From the NCBI GenBank assembly GCA_048013815.1, contig CM106586.1, positions 9,486,001 through 9,550,000 on the forward strand: a stretch of 64,000 nucleotides of DNA, written 5' to 3'. Source of the DNA: Setoptus koraiensis. Lineage: Eukaryota > Animalia > Arthropoda. Numbering within the stretch: position 1 is the stretch's first letter; each line of letters opens with the position of its first letter. Under the pieces are notes generated by a model. It had not been told where the DNA came from and did no database searches. It was given only the letters and a program-made list of their open reading frames with translations. Of the stretch, positions 25,134 through 39,100 are shown in pieces. The translations under genes and the position numbers were made by a program.

Positions 25134-27185
25134 ATGAGCGACTCTAAAACAGTGACACCTCCAAAATTAGAGGACCTGTTGAATTTAGATGGATACCTCA
25201 GGTTACACCAAGGTGAGATTGAGCGCCGCTACACAGAATTTAGCAAATTAATGGATCACATCAACTTTAATGAGGGCGGTTTTGAAAAATTTTGTCGCAG
25301 CTACAACCAATTCGGCATTCATGTTCAGTCTAACAACTCAATTGTAGCTCAAGAATGGGCACCAGCAGCAGAGGCAGTCTACCTCAAGGGCGACTTCAAC
25401 GATTGGAACGACACTGAATATCCTTATAAGAAACTAGATTTCGGTAAGTGGCGCCTGGAAATTCCACCCCTTAAAGACGGCTCGTGTATTATTAAGCATA
25501 ATACCGTAATCAAGCTAGTCATTAAGACCAAAGACGGCCAGCTGCTCGAAAGGCTCTCACCATGGGCCGTGCATGTCAGACCACCTCCGGATTGTTTCAC
25601 CTATGACTGGATATTCTGGAACCCTCAGAACACTTTCGTATTCAAACATAAAAAACCCCAAGCACCGGCAAATTTAAAAATTTACGAGTCACATGTGGGC
25701 ATAAGCAGTAATGAGTATAAGGTGGCGACCTATGAGCACTTCACAGATAGTATCATTCCTCGCGTCAAAAAACAAGGCTACAATGCAATTCAATTGATGG
25801 CCATCATGGAGCATGCCTATTATGGCTGCTTTGGTTACCAAGTAACTAGTTTTTTTGCGGCTTCTAGCAGGTTTGGAACTCCGGAGCAACTCAAACGTCT
25901 TATAGACACAGCGCACAAAGAGGGTATTTATGTATTGCTAGATATAGTTCATAGCCATGCATCTAAGAATGTTTTTGATGGCTTGAATCAATTCGACGGT
26001 TCAAACTCGTGCTATTTCCACGATGGACCGCGCGGAGAGCACACACTCTGGGACTCAAGACTTTTTGATTATACTCAACCTGAAGTGTTGCGATTCTTGT
26101 TATCAAACCTATGCTGGTACCTCGAAGAATATCAGTTTGATGGATTTCGTTTCGATGGAGTGACATCGATGCTGTATCACTCTCACGGTCTCGGACATGG
26201 CTTTAGTGGTGACTACAATGAATATTTCGGAATTAACACTGACACAGAAGCCTTCAACTACCTCCAGTTGGCAAATTATATCACACATAAACTACATCCC
26301 ACCTGCATAACAATAGCAGAGGATGTAAGCGGAATGCCAGCTCTTTGTAGACCGGTTCAAGAGGGTGGAGGTGGTTTTGATTACAGGTTAGGTATGGCTA
26401 TACCCGACAAATGGATCAAAGTATTGAAGCACGACCAAGATGAGAACTGGAACATGGGCGATCTCGTTCACACTCTGACCAATCGGCGTTGGAAGGAAAA
26501 AACGGTCGCTTACGCCGAGTCCCATGACCAAGCCTTGGTCGGAGATAAGACAATAGCCTTCTGGTTGATGGACAAGGAAATGTATGATTACATGTCATGC
26601 TTATCACCTCTTACACCCATCATAGATCGTGGTATTGCCTTACACAAAATGATACGATTAATTACGCATTCTCTTGGTGGTGAGGCCTGGTTGAATTTCA
26701 TTGGTAACGAGTGGGGCCATCCTGAATGGCTCGACTTCCCTAGAGTCGGAAATAACAACAGTTATCATTACGCCAGACGTCAATGGCCCATTGTTGATGA
26801 TGATAAACTCCGCTACAAGTTTCTCAACCGATTTGACAAGGCCATGAATGATACTGAACAAAAATACAAGTGGCTCGCTATGTCACCTGCCTATGTCAGC
26901 ACAAAACATGAAGGAGACAAAGTGATCGTCTATGAAAGGAATAATCTTATTTTCGTTTTCAACTTCCATCCTAACAAGAGTTTTCCTAATTACAGAATAG
27001 GAGTTGACTTGGAAGGTACTTACACCATAGTATTAGATAGTGACAGTGAGGAATTCGGTGGTCATACACGTTTGGATCATTCCACTGAATTTGTGACTGA
27101 GGATGAGGGATGGGCTAATCGTCGGTACTCATTGTTCATATATATACCATCTCGCGTGGCAATGGTATTCGCGAAGAAAAAATAG
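25134..27185 (+). CDS. GBE1: 1,4-alpha-glucan (glycogen) branching enzyme, GH13; single exon, 683 aa from ATG 25134
   Basis: Uninterrupted ORF with the GH13 catalytic motifs [19 protein letters not shown] and YAESHDQ, plus EWAP, IYESHVG and GYQVTSFFA. The first ATG is at 25134; the ORF track starts at an upstream TTG. Confidence 0.97.
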   Translation: MSDSKTVTPPKLEDLLNLDGYLRLHQGEIERRYTEFSKLMDHINFNEGGFEKFCRSYNQFGIHVQSNNSIVAQEWAPAAEAVYLKGDFNDWNDTEYPYKKLDFGKWRLEIPPLKDGSCIIKHNTVIKLVIKTKDGQLLERLSPWAVHVRPPPDCFTYDWIFWNPQNTFVFKHKKPQAPANLKIYESHVGISSNEYKVATYEHFTDSIIPRVKKQGYNAIQLMAIMEHAYYGCFGYQVTSFFAASSRFGTPEQLKRLIDTAHKEGIYVLLDIVHSHASKNVFDGLNQFDGSNSCYFHDGPRGEHTLWDSRLFDYTQPEVLRFLLSNLCWYLEEYQFDGFRFDGVTSMLYHSHGLGHGFSGDYNEYFGINTDTEAFNYLQLANYITHKLHPTCITIAEDVSGMPALCRPVQEGGGGFDYRLGMAIPDKWIKVLKHDQDENWNMGDLVHTLTNRRWKEKTVAYAESHDQALVGDKTIAFWLMDKEMYDYMSCLSPLTPIIDRGIALHKMIRLITHSLGGEAWLNFIGNEWGHPEWLDFPRVGNNNSYHYARRQWPIVDDDKLRYKFLNRFDKAMNDTEQKYKWLAMSPAYVSTKHEGDKVIVYERNNLIFVFNFHPNKSFPNYRIGVDLEGTYTIVLDSDSEEFGGHTRLDHSTEFVTEDEGWANRRYSLFIYIPSRVAMVFAKKK

Positions 27186-27298
27186 ATACATTAGTCACGA
27201 GGAGCATATTGAGCCAGTATTAAATATATAGTCATTATTTTTTTTTTGTTGTTGTTTGATTCTTGTTCTCATGAAATTTAGTTACTGTTTATGTTATG

Positions 27299-27304
27299 AA
27301 TAAA
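27299..27304 (+). terminator. Candidate polyadenylation signal (AATAAA) for GBE1
   Basis: AATAAA lies 114 nt after the GBE1 stop, within the 154-bp gap between GBE1 and PABPN1. Confidence 0.5.
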
Positions 27305-27339
27305 GTGCATACTATCATCAATATATAAATTAACTTGAC

Positions 27340-27924
27340 CTAATATGGAGAATAGCCCATGTAACCTCCGCGTCTCGGAAAAGGCCTCCTAGGTCGACCG
27401 TAGCCGACTACACCTCTCGGAAAAGGGAACAGTCCTCTAACTGGACCTATACCTCCTCGGCCTCTGCCGCCTCTAGGGGGCCTATTTGTGGATGATATTC
27501 CAGGTCTGTTTGTACGTTTTGGGCAAACTTTAATTTGTCTTCCCTTAAATAAACTATCATCTAATGCAACCGCTATCTGTACCGAGTCTTTGTCGGCAAA
27601 TTCAATGTAGGCGAATCCTTTTGGGTGGCCACTATATTTATCTGTAAGAATGGTGACTCTATTAACTGAGCCGCAGCCGTGAAAGTGTCGCTCGAGATCA
27701 TCCGCGGTGGCCGTGTAGTCGACGTTGCCAACGTATATGGATCTTGTGTCAATCTCTTGTTTTTCTTCTAACGATAGTGCCCCCGATGTGCTAGTGGGTG
27801 GGCTAATGTTCATTTGTCTCTCCACCTCGTCCTGCATTTGTTTAAGTTTTTCTGCCTCCTCTTCCATCTCTTTGACACGTATTTTAATCTGCTCCAATTC
27901 GGGATCTTCCTTCTCTTCGGCCAT
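27340..27924 (-). CDS. PABPN1: Nuclear poly(A)-binding protein (PABPN1/Pabp2); single exon, 194 aa
   Basis: Coiled coil [28 protein letters not shown] ([17 protein letters not shown]), [13 protein letters not shown] and an RG-rich tail ending YSPY. An in-frame stop just upstream of the ATG supports this start. Confidence 0.95.
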   Translation of the reverse strand: MAEEKEDPELEQIKIRVKEMEEEAEKLKQMQDEVERQMNISPPTSTSGALSLEEKQEIDTRSIYVGNVDYTATADDLERHFHGCGSVNRVTILTDKYSGHPKGFAYIEFADKDSVQIAVALDDSLFKGRQIKVCPKRTNRPGISSTNRPPRGGRGRGGIGPVRGLFPFPRGVVGYGRPRRPFPRRGGYMGYSPY

Positions 27925-30134
27925 GATGATTTAAATCTGGAGTCTAAAATGTGTGATAATGAGCGATGGTGCGATTCCCGATAATTGGAGTCGACAAATT
28001 TGTTGTGCCGTGTGTCTACCAGGTGGCAATTAGTGGTGTGGCGGTGGTGGCGGTGTTGGTGTCAGGCTCGCTGCTAAGTAGGTGCCGTACGAATATGAGG
28101 CTCAGCTGGCCACTGTAAAAGAATAGATTTCAATAAATACAAAAAATTATGGTGATAATAATAGTAATAATAGTAGCGGTAATAATTATGTCAATAACGA
28201 TATCCAGTCAGAAAGGGAGAGAGAAATGGAATGTGTGCACGATTTTGTGTTTTGAACACGTTAAGATAATGTGCAAGAAATTAAACCCCACTGCTCGTGC
28301 GTTGTCGCAGCTGTTTTTTTTTCTTCGCGCCAAATTCAAACGTGTTCCTCGTCATTTCGGGCCCGCGGTCGGCCGGCCTGACAACTTTTGCCAGATCCTC
28401 GGTTCCGTCGACTCAATGCACAAAATCGCCCCGCAAGCATTTGCCAATCGCGCCGAAGAGGCGACATTCTTTGGCCCCCTCGGCCAAAGAATGCCACAAT
28501 GCTGTGTGGTGACTTTGGCGCGGCGGTGGCCACCCCTTATGTCTGGCTCCTCGGACGACATTCCCGAGTAGCAGGGTCGGCGCATGACCATTGCGAGCGA
28601 GTTCTTTTGAAAATTTTGCGAGCCACTGAGAGTTGGAGCTTCGATCGAGTCAAACTTTTGCGTCTGTCGCTTTGCTGAGTCGCTTTCCGTTCTAGTGGCC
28701 ACCTCATCAAGCTGGGGCTAGCCAAGTTATCCACGCACATCCACAATTGTCGCCACCAGCCACAAACAGGTGTCTTACCTAGAGAGAGCGTCGAGATATG
28801 AGTTCTGTTGAGTCATAGTGCCAACTTCGGTCAGCAAATAACGACGTAGCCACGGCGAGTGCAACTGATCCGTTGACATATTCAACAACATCAACAACGA
28901 CAGCAACAACAGCAACAACAACGGCAACAACAACAGCAACAACAACGGCAACAACAACAACAGCAGCAATTTGCAGAATCAATTTATCTAGAATCACGAT
29001 GAGAATGAATAGTAGCAATCAGGCGGCTTGTAGTTGTTGTTATCTGTGATAAAAGTGCACAGGATTAAATGACCAAAATAGACAATTGGGGATAATCAAC
29101 TCTATAATCTTATCTCGCTGTTGACATCGGAAACGCTCGCTGTGTAACAATTGCTAAATTGATCATCGTTAGCATCATAATGCCATCATTATCTTGATCT
29201 CATAGGAAGGCCGCCAGATATGGCAACCACCGACGACAGTGGCACCATTGTTAGTCGTCATTATCTTTCCATCAAGTTCAATGTATCCCAGCGCAGTAGT
29301 AAGGATGGCATAAGGCAAGAAAGAAACGAGCGAGACACTTCACACACATTCAACAATGAACTTAAATCCTCATTTATATTTGCATTAATGACATTCGTGA
29401 CATTGTTAGCGAATGCGCTCTGTTGGCAATAGTTATAAACAGTCGGCAATATTCAGCACGGCGGAACTACATCTAGTCAGCACCAGCAATTGTTAATTTA
29501 TGTCAAGTAGATCGCTATTGTTTGTAAATCTGTAAACTGGATGTGAGGTCGCTAAACATATTAATTAGGCAGCGACGACAAGCATCATTATTAAATTATT
29601 ACACATTAAATTATTGCAACTAAATCCACTCCACGTGCGTCAAATCAAGACTCAGTATTCATCTCAACAAGAACACAATCTTTGCTGCAATTATCACTGA
29701 ATTATGAATTGTCGCTAGATGAAATATATCAATAGCAAACCCGAAAGCAGTGACATCTCAATAACATAATGATGTGACAACAGTCATCAAGCGTAACAAT
29801 TTATTCAGACCACACTCGACTTAGATCTGTTTGAACATTGCCAACTGTATATTAATTATTTATTTACTGACTTTAACATATTTAGCAATAGTTGATGACC
29901 AATTTATGACCAGCAACAACCAGCAACAACAACAACCACCACCAGCACTATAGAGTGAGGCTGGCACACGTGATAATGTCCGGCAGCGTAGCAATGGTGC
30001 CAGTGATTTGGTCAAAGTTGACAACAATAAAACCGCAAAAAATTCACAAAATCCCCTTGGCTTTTGGGTCAATTTTAGCCACTGTACACCGGTCGCAATA
30101 CACGATTTGGTGCAGGTGCAAATACAAATACGCC

Positions 30135-33100
30135 ATGATACTGGTTGCAATTATCACATTACAAGTTGCACAAGCTGCCAGCAGCGCAATAGCAAGCGAA
30201 CAAAGCGACACACTGGCCCCAATGGTGAACAACAGATTGTTGAACCAGCAGAAGAATATCCACTCCTCGAATGTGGCCAGGTCCCCTGCAGCGGCCTCTG
30301 CAGGTTTGGGGCCGAGCAAGGACAGCGCAACGGCCACCATCGACGACCAGGACCAATCGACATATCAGAAGGTGCCCGTGGGCCGCTCGGTGACTTTCAA
30401 ATGGTGAGCTTTGCACGTTTCGCGTGCGTGTTGTCATCGCATCCGGTTAGTCGCTATATCATTGCACTTATTCTAAATTTGTCTTTTCGTTTGAACTCGA
30501 CTTCGAAATCGCTCGAAATGCTCAGCGGGGTGAAGAACATCGGCAAGCACAGATTGTCCTGGATACACAAGGACAGGCACACGGTGTTGGCCTTCTCCGA
30601 CAAGGTGGTGCTAAATAACGGACGCATAAAGTAAGTTGACAGCATTTTTGTATTTTGTATTTTTTTTTTCTTCACGTATTATGTCGATACGTTGAAGTGT
30701 AACTTACATTGTGTGAGACACAAGCGCTGATAATTGTTTGTCCTTGCTCGCAACATTGTACACCCGCCGACAACAACAAAACCCACGACGCAACCAAATG
30801 TCACATAATCGCTTTGGGTATGGCACTGTTCAGGGTGAGCTCGCAGGCGGACACGGTATTTTATTTGCACATCGACAACGTGCAACTAACGGACAAGGTG
30901 AGTGTAACACAACTGGCGCAAGGCGCCCCTCTTATCCAGATATGTCCAGTTTTGTCCAGTTTTGCCCAGTTTCGCCCAGTTTTGCGCAGTGTTTCTTTTG
31001 GGGCCGCGTGGGCCCCTTATTTATTTCTTATTTATCTCTTATTTATTCGCGGCGAGCGTGGTTCATGCAAATGTGTTGCACTCTATTTATATTTGTATTT
31101 TTGTGCGCGTTACACGGCGCCCGACACGGGGGCAGCGCATCGAGCCAGCGCTTTATGATTGTGCCATCGTCATAAATAACATGAATTGATGGTCGCATTC
31201 AAATATCAGCTCTTGTCGGCGAGAAGTGGGCCCCGCGTGCAGCTGCCGGCAAGTCCGGCAAGTCGCCGCCGCTCTGGCTGCATTTGTCAACTTGGCGCTT
31301 GGTGTGTAAAACTTTCATTATCGACACGCCAGAGCGCAATAAATAGCAAAGAGCAACAGAGTATGAAGGGCCCGCAAAAAAGCCGCCCGACACAGTGCCC
31401 CGTCCGCACTGACAGAGTTGCGCCCACACCGACAGAGTTGTGCCCACGCCACGGGCTACAGCCGACAGTTTGCGACGCCCGCGCACGGTCTTGTGGCGCG
31501 TCCCGCCGACATGCGACGGCCGGCGACCGGCGCCCATTGCATGCGCGTCGCGCGGCGCCCGCTCGACCCGGGCCGGCTGCTCGTGAGCCGTCCAGCGTGG
31601 ATCGTGGGCGACGGCCCGCGTGGACGGTCGGCAGCCGGGCGCGGCAATCGCAATAGCCAGATACTGGCGTCCAGATACCGACATCCAGACACTGGCATCC
31701 AGACACTGATCTAAAGATATGAGTTTTATCCGGGCGCGGGTATTAATTTCAATTTTTAGCCGAGCGGCACATGAATATTTGTTGTGACTGCCAACGTCGC
31801 CCACAACAGATGATGTAATATTATACATCGAGTATGCGTCTAGGGGAGGTGCTCGGCATAAAAAGAATTGTTTAGTTTTGCATGAGAGATCCGCGCGCTG
31901 TCTGCGGCGAGCGCCACGATCCTAGCGACGATCCCACGATACACTCGAGCATATTCTGTACAGCGTAACACGGCTTGCGTAACACTGCCTGCGTAACACT
32001 GCCAGCACAATGCTGGTGATATACTGATGATGACGGCGCCACCGCCGGGCACCGCGCTCACAATGAAGATGTTGCCCGAGCGGCCAACAATAGTTGTAAT
32101 ATTGTGTGGCGCCGCGGCTCGCCTGCTGATTGTAACCGTCATCGTCATTTCATTATGTCCGTCATGGTGGCGTGACTTCCTCTTTGGGCCGCTCTCGGCG
32201 GGCCGGCGCGGTCCGTCGCGCTTGTGTGGCCCGTCGGTGTGGCCCGTCGGCGGGCCGGTCGCGCGACAACTCGCAGGACGGCTCGCAGGACAACTGGCGC
32301 ACATCAGCGGGCGTCGGCCGGTGCCCATGCAAAGTGCGCCGCTGACCCCGCGCCAGCCAGTCGTATCAATTTTGAGCCACTGGCCACTTCTGGTCGATCG
32401 CCGCCAGATGACTGTCACAGTGGCAGCATTTGGCCGGCCTTCGGCCGGCCTCTGGCTGGCGTTTGGGGCCGCGAGCGGCCCGTGGAGCCCGGCGCGGACA
32501 CAGGCTGCGCGCGGGCGCTGGCGTTCCGCTGCCGGGCCCATGTCGTTGTCTAATTTGTTATTGTTTAATATTGGCGACAATTCATTTCGGTGGCGCAAGT
32601 TGCCAGTTACGCAACGGCAATAACGGAACGCGACAGCAACAGCGACAGCGACAACGACACCAAATCCATTCATCTTTCAAGTGAGCACAATCTCTATTCT
32701 GGGGCTCATCATTGATAATGTTGTCGTCTGTGGCTCTCAACATTTCAATTTCTATCTCGTATTAAGTTGTTTTTGTCGGGCGCGGCCGGCCGCCCGGCTG
32801 CCGCTCGCCGCTCGCTGTGGGGCCCGCGCTGTGTGCGGCCTTTGGGCTGCGGGGCTGCGGGCCCGCGTTCGCCCATTCAACGCGCCACGACCGGACAGTT
32901 GTTGCGAGTTATGCAACCAGCACTCGCCAGTGTCCAGTTAGTGTCAGTTTGGCCAGTTTGGTCAGTTGAGCAGCTTAATGTTAACGACGGTGCACACGAC
33001 AGCGATGACCAATGCGCCAGTGCCAGTGGCCACTGACCACTGGTGCGTCCGTGCCGGGCAGCGCACGAGAGCAGGAATTTCGCAGACAGAGAGCGAGATG

Positions 33101-36100
33101 AATTTATTTGATGATTTAAGATGATGACATTGGACAAACCGACCAATGGCGCACTGGTTATTGCTGGCCGCGGCCGCCAGCGGGCCCAGCGGCCAGCGGC
33201 GCAACGAGGCCCGTCCGCCGCTCGCGCTGCCAATTGCATTTGGATCGCGCTGGCCGCCGTCCGAAATGTCGCCCGGCACACACAATCTATTTATATAGAT
33301 ATATGAGCTCACAGGCCCCTTTACGGCGCGCGGGCCGCTTTACAGCGAGCCGCCCGGCGAGCGTAGCCAGTGGCACGGCGCACAGTCGCCAGTGGCACAG
33401 CGGCCGTAGTCGGTTATTTTGTGCGGGGGCCCCGCAAAGCGCAAACATATCGCGCGACTTCTTTTATCTGGTCGACGCTTCTTTTCCAGGCCCGTGCACA
33501 CATTTGGGCGCCCACTTTGCTGTCGGTGGACTTTGCCACTTTGCGCAAATGAGATGCAGTCGCTTTGAGGGCCAGTGACACGCGCTTGTAACGGGCACCA
33601 AATGAATCAATAATTTGATCAATGCCATTAATGCAACACACACTCGCCAGTGGCTGACACTGATATTTTCAAATATTATCGTCGGATACTTGAGCGCTGG
33701 ATTATCGGATATTTGAGCGCTGGATCACTGGGCATCGACGGCCGCCGGCCATCGGTCCAAAGGCGGCCGATGCCCCGTCCCAAATTGGGAGTGAAAAAAA
33801 TTCACACTCGCCAGTGGTCAGTGTGAATTTCCAATATTCGCCTCATTGTTTTGGGCGGCGGTCGGCGCCGGCGAGCCAGTGATCAACTCATGCTCATATG
33901 GTGCCGACGGTGGCCTGTGTCTCACACCACTGGCCGCTCGAATCGATTGACAGATGGGGCCAATTTGTTTGATCGCGCGCAGCACGAATTGGCCGAACTG
34001 GCCGAACTGGCCAAATTGACCGAATTGGCCGATTCGTGGCCAGTGTAATTGTGGCATCAACGGTGACCAGCCCCTGCAAAGCATGGGCCCGTGTCACAGG
34101 TTGCGAGTGGCCGTTGTGCCCGCGTCTGGCGCGCTTCCGGGTCGCTCGGCTTTTTGAGTGAGCGGTCGCAACGTCAAGCGGCGGTCAGTTGATGTTGTGA
34201 CCGCTCACTCACAAGTTGTGAGTCGCAACGGCAGCGGGGGCCAATTGGCGAAATGGCAAGACGACGACGCCTCAAACGAAATTGGTTCATCATCGATTTG
34301 CGACACACATTGCATGTCGCACGATTGGTGTGTTGCGTAACTGCCAATGTCGGCGGTAGTTAGGCAACGCGCTGGCACGAGCTCACACAAGTCGCCAGTT
34401 ATGTAAGTCGCCAGTTATGTAAGTCGCCAGATATGTAAGCTGCATGCCAGCCAATGCAGTGATTTTTGCACAAAATCATTGGAGCGTCGTTGATGGGCCA
34501 ATATTCAAACTAGCTCGTTACATAACATTGCCGGCGCTGGTTACATGACACAGCAGACAACTGGTGATGTAACTGGCGACAACAGCGCCAAATACACGCA
34601 ACGACAGCAACGACCATACAAGACAACGACCATGTCATTGTCGAGCCGATTGTTGCCCAAAATGCACATCGCACTGCATTGGCATGATTGCGCGCGAGTT
34701 TGCACGTGCTGGCTGCGCTGCCAACAACAAACGATAGCCCAGCGAAATATGGCTATCTCTTTGTTGAAAATAAATATGCCATTGATTGAAAGCGGGCAGC
34801 CCCCCGATCAATATGGCGATGATAGATTTATTTTCATAGACTATTAATGACCATTTGAGCGTGAACTGGCGCGTCGCGTCCGTAAGCGATCGAGTTGGCG
34901 TTTGAGTCGCCTCGGTCGCTCGTTGGTGCCCAACAATCGACAGAATCAGCTCTCAGGCGCGGTATCTCGTGCCAACAGGGCCCCCGTGTTTGCAGGATAG
35001 CCCGACAGTTGTGCGGCGCGATATACACGAGACGGCGGGCTCGCAAAAGCGCTGCCCGGGGCCCCACGCATATCGTTACATAACGATACGTACGTTACGT
35101 AACGTTACTCACCGTCGTGTGCTTACGTAGCGTTGCTTACCGACCCCCCTAACAGCGACAGCCAGCTATCCGTTAAGAGTTAAAAGCCGGCCCGGTCGGA
35201 TAGTGCCGCTCCGGGCCGCAGCGGGCCGGCCGTCAGAATGTGGCGGGCCATCAGAGTGTGGCGGGCCGGTTTGTCGGGCCGTCAGAGCGGGCCTGTTTGC
35301 AAGGCCACGAGGCCTCGTGACGCTGCACAGACCAGATTTGGCCGAAATGCCTGGCGAGTTTCTAACAAAGAGCAGCCACGATGAAGCGCATTGGGCCCTC
35401 GTTGCGTTTGTTTGTCTGCTAACAAGCAACAACAAATTACGATTATTTATTTGCGGGGACCATGCGCAAAAACTATTAATTTATTAATTGAATCGCCCGC
35501 CGACGCCGACGCACCAGGCAATTGGGCGCTGCGAACCGGTTGTCTGCCGAGTTATGTATCCAGAGCGTAACATTTGCCAATCGGAAAACGATGCTGACGA
35601 GAGTAGCAAGCTCCCAGTCGCGAGAATGGCATCAATTTAGCGCCGGCCCCGCTCGCAATATCTCCCATAATGATGATATCTCGCGATACCTAAGCCGGGC
35701 ATGGCGAGATATCATTGTGGGCCCCGCAAAACGGTAGCAAGGTGAGCGACAAAGAGAGATGTCGCACGATGAGTGAGAATCATTGGCTTTTTCACGCTCA
35801 CATGAGCGCCATCAATTGATCTGTTCAACCAGAAACGGCGGGATATAGTTTACTTTTGAGCCCGTTCGCCCGGGTAAAAAACGCGCCGGGCGCGAGAGTC
35901 GGGCGCAAAGAAAAGCGTCCGTTTTAAAACGGGCTCTTTGTCCACTTTGCCACTTTGTGCCCGCGGTTCGCAAAGTGTCGCAAGATCCGGCGAGCCCGTA
36001 CGCACGGCGAGCCCGCCCGCTCGGACCTGGCTCTCGGGTATCTGGGCGCGCCAGATGCTCGGCTCGGCCGGACCGTCGACGGCGAGGCATCAGCTTTTCT

Positions 36101-39100
36101 TCGGCGCCGATAATCTCTCGCTCGACAGTTTCGCTGGCCTAGTTACGGGGGGCGACTTTGCGTCCACGGGCCAATCGCTGCGGCGCGCGATTTGTCTGTC
36201 GCGCGCCGTGCGTCGCGATTTGCGCGCCGTGGGGCCCCGCGGTCACTCGGCACACCTGATGCCGTGTGTCACCTTTGGCCACTGGTCACTCTTTGGCCGC
36301 TCTCCGTCCGGAGAGTGACCAGTAGAGAGCGGCGACCACTAGAGTGGCCAGAGAGCGTTGCAGCAGCACGCTGGCCGACATTGTCCAATAATGAATAACG
36401 GAACTTGGTCGCAACAATGCAACTAGTCAAATCGCAGCGTGTTACGTAATGTTACAACGTGATGGCGGCATTGTTGTCGGCCACACATTGGCCAGCTCAC
36501 AATAAATATAACGTGCTGTATGTGTGCGCGTGCTGGCGGCACTATTATACAGTGATGACACAACAGCTCCCGTTTCCTGTTTGTTAATTACAACCAGCCG
36601 AGACCATAACTCGACAACAACATATTTGTGCACCGCACAATGGCCCACATATGGCAATTTCCGTTTGCCCGTTTTTCCAATGGCTATCGGCCGCTCGATG
36701 GCCGCACTAGTGGCGTCCAGCTCTATTGGTACCCCAGTATTGCCGGCCTAGCATTGGTACCCTGGTATTACCGGCCTAGCAATGGTACCCCAGTACTGCC
36801 TAGCGTTGCTACCCTTGCCCGAGTATGGCCAGGCGGGTGCACGGGCGATTGGTCAGCGGCGCATAGCGACTGCTGCCATGATAGATTAGGGCCGGGCGTC
36901 GTTTTGTTTGGTTTGTATTGCGAGGTGGCGAGTGTTGGCGCACCGCGTTCGAGTTGCCGCTGCCAGCATCCTAAGCCGGCCCGGCTCTCATTAATCTAAG
37001 TCAGTTATCTGCTTTTCACTGGCTGCGAGAGCCGCACACAGGGCTCTCGCGGCGGGCCTAACAGGGAGACACACGCCGAGAAGGGAGAGAGAGGGGAGAA
37101 AGGAGCAATCAAGATAAGAAGGCCGGGCGAGGCGAGCGCGAATTTAATTTTAAAGGATCCGTTTGTTTGCCTTGGCTGTGGCGTTCTTTTTTCGTCTGGT
37201 CAGTGTGTGTCTTGGAGGCTTTTCGTCATACGCACAGTTGTCTGTGAAATTAAAACCTTCAATGGGGCCAGCCTGACGTTATCGATCATGCCATCTTGTT
37301 GGCAATCTAGATTGTCTCGGTTTGCCATATTATTATTATTATTATTATTATTTAGTCTGTTCTCTCGAGATCGCCCCGCCCGGCAGCAGCAGCAACAACA
37401 GAAACAACAACAACAACAACTGCAACAACAGCAGCAGCAACAACAGCAACCACTGCAGCAACGGCAACAACTGCGACTGAGGCAACAACTGCAACCGAGC
37501 AACTACAACAGTTGCAGCCAACGGCGGCGCAAAACAACAACAATTGATTTGGGCAGCCAGCCAGCCGAACGGCCAATGCGGGGGCCCATAAAGAGTTGAT
37601 ATGGGCACACATGTAAGTTTATCCCATTGAGTGCTCATAAATCATCATATGGCCAGTACAGCCAGCGCAGACAGTTTAGCTTTGGCGGCCGGGCTAGCCG
37701 GCCCGCTGTTAGGCAAACTAGACAAACCGACAAGGATATAAAACATAACCAGATAAATGGGCTGACGAGGACGGGCCGTTAAAGAATAGATCTAATGAGA
37801 ATTTTGCCTATTTATTGTTGGCCTCACTGGGCGCCATACGAGACGCTTATCTCTGGCCGGCAATCTCTGCTCTGCGGGCTGCGTCGCTTGTTGCCCGCTT
37901 GGGTCCGTCTCGGCTTGTCGGCCTCGCCTTGGCCTGTCGGCCTCGCGTGGCCTTGTCGATCGGGGCTCTAGATTGAGCGAAATGAATGGCGCCAAGACAA
38001 ACTAGCGCCGGGCTTGTTTGCGGTGGCCGCCGGTCACTTTCGAGCGGGCTCACTCAGACCGCTATTGGATTAGCGGCGCGCTGTTTTGCTGGCCCTGTCG
38101 CCAGTCGCCCGGAAATTCGGCTCGCCCGTAGCTCACAAGCTGCGGCGGATTCTGGCGGATTCTGGCGAGTTCTGGCGAATTCTTGTGAGTTCGGGCGAGT
38201 TCTGGCGAGTTGGCACCGCTGACGGGCGGGAACTGTGGGCGGCACGTAACCGCACGGGGCCAATATCGCACCGACCGTCGGCCAGTTTGTGTGGGCACGA
38301 CGAGCGGGCATGCAACAATGATGCAAGCAAATCATTATGTCGATTATGTCGGCCGGCCCAGAGCTGGCTTGCCGATTGTTGCCAATCGCAACGACACGAA
38401 CAAACTAAATATAATAACGGCCGGCCGGCCATTATTATATTTAGTTACATCATCATCATCATGGTTTCGTGGCGCTGGCCATGATGACCGCTGTTGCACT
38501 ATTTGTTATTACTATTTACATTTGTGCCCGTGCCGTTGAGTGGCCGGCCCGTCGGCCGGCCAGCCGGCCGCATTACACGACAATAACTGGCGACTTGTTT
38601 GCCAACACACACACACACACACAACGGGGCGACAAAATCATTAGCGGGCACCATGGGCAACGATTTGTTTATTGGCCAATTGAATCATTGATATCACAGA
38701 ATTGTTCGTTTTTTCTCTTTCTTGTGCTTCAGCCTTCTCACTATACTGCTGCACTAGCGCGCCGGACTTGGCTGGGCCTCAAGCGGCGAGAATCGGGCCC
38801 CAAGCTGCGAGAATCGGGCCCCAACGAAGCCATCCATTCCAGAGGCATTCTAGGGGGAGAGAGACGCTGATGATACATAGCGGCGGCAGATCTAATCAAT
38901 GAAATGACTGCGGACCCGCGATACCAAAGCGGCTAATCGTCGTCCATTAGATCGAGCTTGTATTTATTTGTCTGAGCATGTTTATGTCCGCCAATTGTCA
39001 TAGGTCATGGTGGTCAGCGGTGGCTTTGCGCGGCCAAACTAACTGGCCGATCGCTAGATCAGTGACGGCGCTGGGCGCCAGGCTAAAGTGACGGGCCGGA

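Noticed and set aside
30008-30634. 208-aa ORF overlapping Ig exons 1-2
   Set aside because: A composite of an alternative frame of exon 1, intron 1 and exon 2; only the last 35 aa are real coding frame.
31199-38870. Long GC-rich ORFs in Ig intron 3 (e.g. 31840..32673, 32027..32623, 31199..31828)
   Set aside because: They lie in a frame-validated intron, stop codons are rare because of GGCC-rich composition, and no domain was recognised.
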